DNA from: Pyrodictium occultum
GTDB taxonomy: Archaea; Thermoproteota; Thermoprotei_A; Sulfolobales; Pyrodictiaceae
NCBI RefSeq assembly: GCF_001462395.1
Contig: NZ_LNTB01000001.1
Coordinates: 1,170,001-1,202,000, forward strand
Length of the DNA: 32,000 bases
Direction of reading: 5' to 3'
Below are positions 24,156-31,805 of this stretch, one piece after another (position 1 is the stretch's first letter; each line of letters opens with the position of its first letter). The position numbers were made by a program, and so were the translations under genes. The notes under the pieces are model-generated. The model was not told where the DNA came from and made no database searches. It was given only the letters and a program-made list of their open reading frames with translations.

Positions 24156-27017
24156 ATGACCAGGCGTAGTGATGGAAGAATCCGGGGCGCCTTCCGGCTG
24201 CTGCACCCCGTTCTCCAGAAGGTGCTAGCCCGCTATGGGTACATAAGGCTGACCGAGATTCAGGAGAAGGTGATACCGGAGGTTCTGCGCGGCAACCATG
24301 TGCTAGCGATAGCCCCCACGGGTAGCGGGAAGACTGAGGCAGCCCTCTTCCCGGTTTTCTCGAGCCTTATAGGTGCCCGGCCTGGCAGCGTGTACGCTGT
24401 CTACATAACCCCCTTGCGCAGCCTTAACCGCGACATATTCAAGCGCATGAAGTCTATAGCGGCAGCTATCGGGCTCGAGCTAGTGGTACGTCACGGCGAC
24501 AGCACGGCTAGCGAGAAGAAGAGGTTCCTCGAGAACCCTCCGCACATAATGGTTACCACTCCGGAGTCCTTCTACTTCCTCCTGAGTGTCGATCGATTCC
24601 GCCAGAGTATAAGGGGGCTCAAATACATAATAGTTGACGAAGCACATGAGCTTGTCTCGGATAAGCGTGGTGCAGAGCTATCCCTGGCCATAGAGAGAGT
24701 GGCTAGACTCTATGCTAGGTCAAGGCTTCAGATAATAGGTCTCTCCGCTACTGTCAGCGACCCCTTCACCATTGCAAGGCTTCTCGCGGGCGATAGGTAT
24801 GTACGCATCGTAGAGGCCGACGGCGCTAAGCGATACCATGTAACGGTTACGGCACCGCCGGCCTCTACGAGTGGTGATCCACAGAGAGAGCTTGCCTCAA
24901 GGATAGCGATAATAAAGAGGATAATAGAGGGGACTGGAGGCAATGTTCTGGTGTTCACAAACACGCGAGACACTGCCGAGGTACTAGGTGCCCTGCTCAA
25001 GCAGGCTCTCGGCGAGAATGCAGTAGAGGTTCATCACGGTAGTCTAAGCCGTGAGAGGAGGGTTGATGTTGAGCAGAGGCTCCGAAGCGGTGAAGTGAAG
25101 GCTGTTGTGGCCACGTCAAGCCTCGAGCTGGGTATAGATGTTGGCGCGGTAAGCAGGGTTATCCAGTACATGTCTCCGAGGCAGGTTGTGAAGCTTGTTC
25201 AGCGCGTAGGCAGGGCGGGGCACCGAGTGTCGGATGTGTCTAGGGGCGTTATAGTAGCTGCGGGCAATGTGTTTGACGTGCTTGAGTCTGCGGTTATAGC
25301 TGCAAGAGCTATGAGAGGTAATTTGGAGAAGTTTTGTTACCCAAGGAAACCCTATGACGTCCTTGTGCATCAGATTGCGGGGATGCTCGTAGAGCTGGGC
25401 GAGACAAGCATAAACACCATATATAATGTTGTGTCCGCTAGCGGCTATTATAGGGAGCTCAGCCTTGACGAGCTCCGTCAAGTGTTAAGCTACATGGAGG
25501 CTGCAGGTCTCGCAAGGGTTAGAGGGCATAGGGTCAGACTCGGCCCCGCCACGAAGAGCTACTACTTCACGGTCACAATGATACCGGATACCAAACAGTA
25601 CAATGTATACGAGGTGGGCACTGGCAGGAAGATCGGTGTGCTCGACGAAGAGTTTGTAGCAACCCTAGAGCCTGGCTCGAAGTTCGTCCTGGGCGGGCAG
25701 ACCTGGGAGGTGGTAAATGTAGAGGAGGCTGGAGTAAGAGTTAGGCAGACGAAGGAGGAAAGGCTGATCCCGCCTGCATGGGAGGGCGACCTAATCCCGG
25801 TAGAGTATAGCGTCGCACGTGAGATAGGTAGCGTGCTACGGCGCTACGAGAGGCTGGGAAGCAGTGTACTAGGCCTATACCCGCTTGACCCTAATGCTAG
25901 GCGTCTTGTCGACGAAACGCTGTCTAGGCACATTTCGAGAGGGCTGCCGCTGCCGAGCGACAGAAGGGTGGTAATAGAGCATTATGGAGACACCTTCATA
26001 ATCTATAGTATGCTTGGGAGCAGGGGGAACAAGGCACTGGAGTACGTTATATCAGCCTATATATCGGAGATTAAGGGCTACTCCCCAGTAACTGCAAGCA
26101 CACCCTACATTGTCGCAGTCCGGCTTGCATCCCGCGAGCACGCCGGCTTTATGGAGAAGGTGCTTCGTAGCATAGCCAGCCTGCCCCGGGACGAGGTGGA
26201 GAAGCTCCTGCATAAGGCGGTTCTGGGCAGCAGGCTATTCCAGTGGATTATGCTGCACGTTGCTGTGAGAAGCGGTGCCGTGCGGAGAAGTAGGGACATA
26301 GACATCAAGCGGGTTAAGTCGGTTATACAGAAGCTCAGGGACACCCTGCTAGGTATAGAGGCGTATCGTGAAATAGAGACACGGAAAATAGACTCCAGGA
26401 TACTCTTAAAGTTTCTCGAGGATCTTAGAAGGGGCCGGATAGAGCTAGCCGTAGTGAGCCTTAGGACACCTTCTCCTCTCGCAGAGCATGCTTTAGCCGA
26501 GGCCAGGCTTGGAGACCGTGTAGTATCGAATAGCATACCCTCAACAGTGCTTGTCGAAGCCGTTAAGCGTAGGATAGAGTCAAAGGAGATCCTGCTACTC
26601 TGCCTAATGTGCGGTAATGTTTGGAGAAGGCAGCTAAAGCACCTGGAGAATGAGGTGAAATGTCCTCGCTGTGCCGCCCGCCTCGTGTACCCAGCCCTCT
26701 CCCAGGACCGCATAAACATGGCTAGGAGGCTTCTTGAAAAGAGGAGGAGAGGATCTCGCCTCTCCCCCCAGGAGAAGAAGGCGTTGAACGAGGTCATGGA
26801 GTCTGCCAATCTAGTACTTAGCTATGGCAAAAAGGCGGTGGAAGCGCTTGTGTCAACGGGTATAGGGGCCCAGACTGCTAGACGGGTGCTCCAGAAGCTA
26901 GTGTTTGGCGAGGATGCATTCTACCGTGCCATAGTAGAGGCGGAGGCGAACTATCACCGGTATAAGCATCGGCTCGAGAAAGGCTCGAGAAAAGGCAGGG
27001 CTAGCGGCGCCATGTAA
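24156..27017 (+). CDS. lhr: Lhr-type large SF2 (DEAH) helicase with C-terminal zinc ribbon
   Basis: 953 aa. Motifs: LTEIQEKVIP, motif I APTGSGKTEAALFPV, motif II IVDEAHEL, motif III GLSATV, motif VI QRVGRAGH. A long winged-helix/domain-4-like extension follows, then CLMCGNVW...CPRCAARL. Confidence 0.85.
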   Translation: MTRRSDGRIRGAFRLLHPVLQKVLARYGYIRLTEIQEKVIPEVLRGNHVLAIAPTGSGKTEAALFPVFSSLIGARPGSVYAVYITPLRSLNRDIFKRMKSIAAAIGLELVVRHGDSTASEKKRFLENPPHIMVTTPESFYFLLSVDRFRQSIRGLKYIIVDEAHELVSDKRGAELSLAIERVARLYARSRLQIIGLSATVSDPFTIARLLAGDRYVRIVEADGAKRYHVTVTAPPASTSGDPQRELASRIAIIKRIIEGTGGNVLVFTNTRDTAEVLGALLKQALGENAVEVHHGSLSRERRVDVEQRLRSGEVKAVVATSSLELGIDVGAVSRVIQYMSPRQVVKLVQRVGRAGHRVSDVSRGVIVAAGNVFDVLESAVIAARAMRGNLEKFCYPRKPYDVLVHQIAGMLVELGETSINTIYNVVSASGYYRELSLDELRQVLSYMEAAGLARVRGHRVRLGPATKSYYFTVTMIPDTKQYNVYEVGTGRKIGVLDEEFVATLEPGSKFVLGGQTWEVVNVEEAGVRVRQTKEERLIPPAWEGDLIPVEYSVAREIGSVLRRYERLGSSVLGLYPLDPNARRLVDETLSRHISRGLPLPSDRRVVIEHYGDTFIIYSMLGSRGNKALEYVISAYISEIKGYSPVTASTPYIVAVRLASREHAGFMEKVLRSIASLPRDEVEKLLHKAVLGSRLFQWIMLHVAVRSGAVRRSRDIDIKRVKSVIQKLRDTLLGIEAYREIETRKIDSRILLKFLEDLRRGRIELAVVSLRTPSPLAEHALAEARLGDRVVSNSIPSTVLVEAVKRRIESKEILLLCLMCGNVWRRQLKHLENEVKCPRCAARLVYPALSQDRINMARRLLEKRRRGSRLSPQEKKALNEVMESANLVLSYGKKAVEALVSTGIGAQTARRVLQKLVFGEDAFYRAIVEAEANYHRYKHRLEKGSRKGRASGAM

Positions 27018-27076
27018 TACTTGCGGCCGCCCCCGGCTCAATACGCTTCCTAAAGGCGGGGCATGTGTAGGGGCGC

Positions 27077-27352
27077 ATGAACAACATAGTGGAGTTTATC
27101 AACACACTTACAATAAAAGTGATAAGTATAGCATGGGGCCTCTTTCTGCTGACATGGAGCATAGGCTGGCTCCTCAGGGGAGCGCCGATACCCCTCCTAA
27201 GAGTCAAGAGGGTAGGTCAAGACTTCGTGGAGGACGCTGTTTGGGCGGCCTTCTGGCTAGCCCTGGGTTCCTCAATATTCGCCCTCGTATCCCACATAGT
27301 GAGCTCTATCGCGTCACCTCCCCCAGTACCCTTCAACGCCACCGCCGGCTAA
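27077..27352 (+). CDS. cedA1: VirB2-like two-helix pilin candidate (CedA1-like)
   Basis: 91 aa. Hydrophobic helix KVISIAWGLFLLTWSIGWLL, basic loop RGAPIPLLRVKRVGQD, hydrophobic helix AVWAAFWLALGSSIFALVSHIV, and a Pro-rich tail. The call rests on architecture and gene order, not on sequence identity to a known pilin. Confidence 0.6.
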   Translation: MNNIVEFINTLTIKVISIAWGLFLLTWSIGWLLRGAPIPLLRVKRVGQDFVEDAVWAAFWLALGSSIFALVSHIVSSIASPPPVPFNATAG

Positions 27353-27365
27353 GAGGGACCCTCCT

Positions 27366-28823
27366 TTGATACTGACGGGCTACTTCCTCCTAATAACAGC
27401 CCAGCTCGCAGTACTGACATACTATCTGGGAGTACTGTTGTACATGTTACCCATACCAGTGCGGGGGGTCAAGCGCTGGGCTCCAACGCTGATACAGGAC
27501 AGCCTCTGGGCAAGCATATTGATGACACTATACTCGGCACTGCTCAGCTTCTCCGACAGCCTTGCCAGGCTTAGCGGCCACACCCTAAGCGAGATAATAG
27601 CATATATGGAGTTAACGCTCGAGAAATTCATACTAATGAACTATGCATTGCAGCTGCTTGTCGGTGTAGCCTCAATAGCCCATAGCCTCGTAGGCAGAAT
27701 CTTTAGCATAATCACATTTCCCTTCTCACTAGTGATCCAGGGCATAGTAACGACTGCAGCGACGGTAGTTGTGCTAGCAAGCATAATCTCAGCGGCTAAG
27801 GCTAAGCTCACAGCTCTCGCAATAGCACTAATATCTATACCATTCCGTATAGGTAGGAACGCTGGCGCCTCGCTCCTATCATTTATCCTTGTAAGCAACA
27901 TAATGCTCCCATTCCTACCTCAATGGATCAACTTGATATCTAGCAGTGTTGGCTCTGAGCAAACACTAGTGAGATCCAAGGCAGTGGAAGTCCTGCTAAA
28001 CAATACAGAGCCGGTACATGTGTGGGGGGAGGTAAAAGACGCCTATAACTACCGTCCACCTGTAGGCTTAGTCAAGTTTATAAACAGCAATGGCGCAGTG
28101 TTCCAGTTCATAATCCATGTAGACGGCTGCTACTATGTCACCAAGCCGCTCAAGATGCTGCCCAGTGGAAGCTACAGAGTAGAGGTAGAGTACCTATCTG
28201 TGCTTCTCAACTCTAGCAAAGCTATCGTGAATCTTCCACGAGACGCTAGGCTGACCTACGAGCTGGACGAGGCAAAGTACCGCATGGATATAACCGTTGA
28301 GAGGGATGCAGTATTCATCGAACCCATAGGCCTTATGATAGTCAAGGGATGCAATATAGAAAATGTGTACCAGTCCCTTAAGATGCTAAAGCTTAAGTGC
28401 ACACCGCTATCTGGCAACGTTAGGATCGACATATACTCCTTAGGCGCGAACGATGTCAAGCTGCAACCTAATACTCTAAACGGCGTCTACAACTACTATG
28501 TAAACATAAGCGAGAAGCCTTGGAGGGGCGTAAGAGTCTACGTAAAGACGATAACTCTAGAAATGGCTAATGCCTCAACAGCCCTCTCGCTAGAATTCTA
28601 TAAGAATATCGACTATCATGAGCTTTACCAGCTGAATGATCTCGAGCTCTCGGAAGGCATGATTTATCCTGAGCGCTCGCTGGAAGATATTGCGATTGAT
28701 ATAATAGTTAATGGGATAACTTTCCCTCTTGCGGTTTTCTCCTACCTAACAGTTATGTCGATGGTGTCTTTGAGCCTTGCGAGGGTGATCGGTGCCTCGT
28801 ATCCTCGTGTGATATTTGACTAA
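27366..28823 (+). CDS. cedA: polytopic membrane protein with large beta-rich ectodomain (CedA-like / VirB6-like)
   Basis: 485 aa with a TTG start. About 6-7 hydrophobic helices lie in residues 1-195. Residues about 200-440 are a hydrophilic beta-rich segment, followed by a final TM (ITFPLAVFSYLTVMSMVSLSL). It starts 13 nt after the pilin-like gene. Confidence 0.6.
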   Translation: MILTGYFLLITAQLAVLTYYLGVLLYMLPIPVRGVKRWAPTLIQDSLWASILMTLYSALLSFSDSLARLSGHTLSEIIAYMELTLEKFILMNYALQLLVGVASIAHSLVGRIFSIITFPFSLVIQGIVTTAATVVVLASIISAAKAKLTALAIALISIPFRIGRNAGASLLSFILVSNIMLPFLPQWINLISSSVGSEQTLVRSKAVEVLLNNTEPVHVWGEVKDAYNYRPPVGLVKFINSNGAVFQFIIHVDGCYYVTKPLKMLPSGSYRVEVEYLSVLLNSSKAIVNLPRDARLTYELDEAKYRMDITVERDAVFIEPIGLMIVKGCNIENVYQSLKMLKLKCTPLSGNVRIDIYSLGANDVKLQPNTLNGVYNYYVNISEKPWRGVRVYVKTITLEMANASTALSLEFYKNIDYHELYQLNDLELSEGMIYPERSLEDIAIDIIVNGITFPLAVFSYLTVMSMVSLSLARVIGASYPRVIFD

Positions 28824-29001
28824 TACCGTGCTGGTGGTGAATAAATTGAAGTTGGCGGTAACGTTTAGAAGATCCTTGTACATAGCTCTCGGCATCTCCC
28901 TTTATGGAGCCATGTATGGTATGCTATCAAAAAATATGTATCTATTTGTAATATCGGTAATAAATATAGTTATATTTATGCTTATAAGAAGTAGTTGGTG
29001 A
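28816..29001 (+). CDS. cedA2: 61-aa two-TM protein (CedA2-like / VirB3-sized)
   Basis: SLYIALGISLYGAMYGML and MYLFVISVINIVIFMLI are two hydrophobic helices. It overlaps the preceding gene by 8 nt and the next by 7 nt (track coordinates). The DNA here is very AT-rich. Confidence 0.45.
   Translation: MTNTVLVVNKLKLAVTFRRSLYIALGISLYGAMYGMLSKNMYLFVISVINIVIFMLIRSSW
28961..28988 (+). promoter_or_regulatory. possible internal promoter (TAAATATAGTTATATTTATGCTTATAAG) for the ATPase gene
   Basis: A cluster of TATA-like boxes 20-45 nt upstream of ATG 29007, which would give a leaderless ATPase transcript. Confidence 0.3.
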
Positions 29002-29006
29002 TAGCT

Positions 29007-30458
29007 ATGATAATTAGCAGAATTATATCTAGTATCACTAATCATATATCTAAACTACGTAGGAGCAGGAGTTGGGCCAGCGGGATAGCGAGGGTGGGAG
29101 GGTTATGCGTAACAAACATCGGCTCTGGTATCAGTGGCGTTGTTGCTGAAGTTAAGGGTGACGAGCTCTGTTTTAAAAAGCTCTTCAGCGACAGGCTCAG
29201 CCTTATTGATAGCAGGATATGCGGCATCTTCATACTATATAGGCGTGTTAGGAGCAGCTACGCAGCTAGGCTGCTTGAATCTAAAATACTAACTTATGAG
29301 GTAGAATTGGAAAGGAATCCCGAAAATATGCGTGCACGGGTGAAACTGGATACGCTACGAGAAATCTATAGGACGATAGTAGAGCGCGATGAGCCTGTTG
29401 AGCCCTCCCTCCATATAATGGTTTGCGGGGGGCCAGAAACCATAGTTGACGTCTACCGCGGTGTCGCAGACTCCCTAGCGCTGTTAGGGTGTAAGCTCCG
29501 CCCTAAATGTGTTAGCGTAAATTTTTTGAAAAGTTTCAATAAGAGGGTTATACAGCCTCGCGGCCTCATTCTGGGCAAGTTCTGGGAGCTAGTGGATTAC
29601 TTAGACTCTATGACACGGTATGTTGAGTCAGCGTTTGTGCCTATAGGCTATGACATCCTCCTGGGACGTATTGTAGGCATCCCGCTCTGGGATGACACTG
29701 GGGCGAGGCATACAGTTGTTGTAGGGCCTACCGGAAGGGGCAAGACGAGTCTTGCAGCACTGGTAGCTGTGCTCTCTTCTCTGCTGCATAACGCTACAGT
29801 GGTGGCGGTGGATCCCAAGGGTGATCTATGGAGCCTGTTATCCTGGAGCGGCCTAGCCGTCCATGTGGAGGTTGAGAGTAGCAGAGATGCAGCCTATCTT
29901 GCTTCTAGGATTCTTCGCGCCCTCGGCGAGAGCGTAGGAGGTATTGTGGTTGTGGACATACGGTACCTAAGTGAGGGGGAGAAATACCTGCATCTCGAAA
30001 CAGCTTTGTCAGACGCCTTCTCGCTACTGCAAGGCGTTGGTAGAAGATCGCTCCTCATAGTCGACGAGTTCTGGCGGGTTAAGGAGAGCTATGTGGTCAG
30101 GAAGATCGTGAGGGAGGGGAGGAGCAGCGGTATTAGCCTCATGCTGGTCTCCCAGCAGCCGGAGGATTTCGGCCCCGATGTATGGAGTAACTCAAGCAAC
30201 TCGGTGGTGTTCGGCTCTCACGACGAAACATATCTCGAGAGCATTAAGAGGCTTAGCGGGATGGCCTCTCAGGATGTCTCCTTTATCCGCCGTCTAGGGG
30301 TTGGAGAGGCGCTTGTGCAGTATCATGGCTCGCGGAGGGCTCTCCCGGTGAGAGTCCTCCAGGCACCGATAACAGTTAAGAATCCGGGTGTAGGCGGGAC
30401 GGGCAGCTGGGGTAGGGTACGTTATGGGCAAGCGGCTGATAGTGCAGCGCAGAGGTAG
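29007..30458 (+). CDS. cedB: VirB4/HerA-like secretion ATPase (CedB-like); alternative TTG start at 28995
   Basis: About 483 aa. An N-terminal domain of about 230 aa is followed by HTVVVGPTGRGKTS (Walker A), VVAVDPKGDL, LLIVDEFWRV (Walker B) and MLVSQQPEDF...VVFG. These motifs are paralogous to the membrane-fused ATPase at 22216..24093. Confidence 0.75.
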   Translation: MIISRIISSITNHISKLRRSRSWASGIARVGGLCVTNIGSGISGVVAEVKGDELCFKKLFSDRLSLIDSRICGIFILYRRVRSSYAARLLESKILTYEVELERNPENMRARVKLDTLREIYRTIVERDEPVEPSLHIMVCGGPETIVDVYRGVADSLALLGCKLRPKCVSVNFLKSFNKRVIQPRGLILGKFWELVDYLDSMTRYVESAFVPIGYDILLGRIVGIPLWDDTGARHTVVVGPTGRGKTSLAALVAVLSSLLHNATVVAVDPKGDLWSLLSWSGLAVHVEVESSRDAAYLASRILRALGESVGGIVVVDIRYLSEGEKYLHLETALSDAFSLLQGVGRRSLLIVDEFWRVKESYVVRKIVREGRSSGISLMLVSQQPEDFGPDVWSNSSNSVVFGSHDETYLESIKRLSGMASQDVSFIRRLGVGEALVQYHGSRRALPVRVLQAPITVKNPGVGGTGSWGRVRYGQAADSAAQR

Positions 30459-31140
30459 GGGGTCGCCGCTATATCGTAGCAGGCCCTGGCTCCATCCGGC
30501 TCCAGCCAGGTATCCGCCACTCGTGCCGGTGACGCTCCGCGGTCGTGTAGTGGAGCTAGTGCATGATCCTGGCCGCTGGGTTCCTCTAGCTCATGTGGTT
30601 CTTGAGAATGGCGAGGAGTTCTGGATACCCGCTGCTGAGGGCATGTATGTGGGCCAGATAATAGAGGTGGGCCCGGATGCCAAGCCCTCCAACGGCAACA
30701 TCCTCCCTATTGGCAAGATACCGGAGGGCACTCAAGTATACAATATAGAGGTAAGGCCTGGTGATGGCGGGAAGCTGGCCCGCTCCTCCGGCGCTTACGG
30801 CATCGTCCTCGGGCGTAGCGGTAATAAGACGATAGTCCAGCTGCCAAGCGGCAAGGTTAAGGAGATCCCTAATGACGCCAGGGCTACTGTAGGCATAGCT
30901 GCTGGGGGCGGCCGCCCCGAGAAGCCGCTGCTCAAGGCTGGTGCAGCCTACTACAAGTGGAGCGCGAAGCCGCACGTATGGCCACGCGTACGCGGCGTGG
31001 CAATGAACGCTGTGGACCATCCCCATGGCGGCGGTAGCCACCAGAGCCCAAGCTTCCCAACCACCGTATCGAGGAACGCTCCTCCAGGCAGGAAGGTTGG
31101 CCACATAGCTGCACGCTCCACGGGCCGCAGGAAGGGGTAG
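30424..31140 (+). CDS. rpl2: 50S ribosomal protein L2 (uL2)
   Basis: 238 aa. MGKRLIVQRRGRGSPLYRS..., GNILPIGKIPEGTQVYNIE, and VRGVAMNAVDHPHGGG, the signature of uL2. Confidence 0.95.
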   Translation: MGKRLIVQRRGRGSPLYRSRPWLHPAPARYPPLVPVTLRGRVVELVHDPGRWVPLAHVVLENGEEFWIPAAEGMYVGQIIEVGPDAKPSNGNILPIGKIPEGTQVYNIEVRPGDGGKLARSSGAYGIVLGRSGNKTIVQLPSGKVKEIPNDARATVGIAAGGGRPEKPLLKAGAAYYKWSAKPHVWPRVRGVAMNAVDHPHGGGSHQSPSFPTTVSRNAPPGRKVGHIAARSTGRRKG

Positions 31141-31189
31141 CGTTAAACCCCCTGCACGCGGCCCTGAAGCCGGCCTGGGGTGGGTATGA

Positions 31190-31654
31190 GTGCAGGCTAG
31201 GCCGCAGCTCGACGAAGAGATGAAAAAGTGGCTTGAAACGCTCCCGCCCGAGTGGCTTAAGTTCCGTTACCGCGGCTACACCTTAGAGCAGCTCCTCTCG
31301 ATGCCTATGGATACTTTCATAAAGCTGCTCCCCGCGAGGCAGAGGAGGAGCCTCCTACGAGGCCTTACCGACGCCCAGCGCAGGCTCCTATGGAAGATAC
31401 GGCGGGCCCGCCAGAAGATCTTGCAAGGCAAGAAGGTCGTGGTCAAGACGCACGTGAGGGATATGATAATACTGCCCGAGATGGTCGGCATGACCATAGC
31501 CGTCTACAACGGGAAGGAGTTCATCCCCGTGCGCATAACACCCGAGATGATAGGCCATTATCTCGGCGAGTTCAGCCCCACCTGCCGCCAGGTGCAGCAC
31601 GGCGAGCCGGGTCTAAAAGCTACGAGGAGCAGCCTCCACGTAGCCCTCAAGTAG
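31190..31654 (+). CDS. rps19: 30S ribosomal protein S19 (uS19); start GTG 31190 or ATG 31220
   Basis: [49 protein letters not shown] and GHYLGEF are typical of archaeal uS19. Confidence 0.9.
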   Translation: MQARPQLDEEMKKWLETLPPEWLKFRYRGYTLEQLLSMPMDTFIKLLPARQRRSLLRGLTDAQRRLLWKIRRARQKILQGKKVVVKTHVRDMIILPEMVGMTIAVYNGKEFIPVRITPEMIGHYLGEFSPTCRQVQHGEPGLKATRSSLHVALK

Positions 31655-31805
31655 CTCCTGGCGCCGTTTTCCCTACCCAGCAGACTTTCCCCTCCCTCCT
31701 CCCACGGTACTCCCGGCAGTCCCTGCATCCTACTCTCCGAGGCAAACAACTGGCGACAACGAGGTGCTGCAGCTTTTGGCATCCAAGAAGCCTATAAAGG
31801 CAGTG

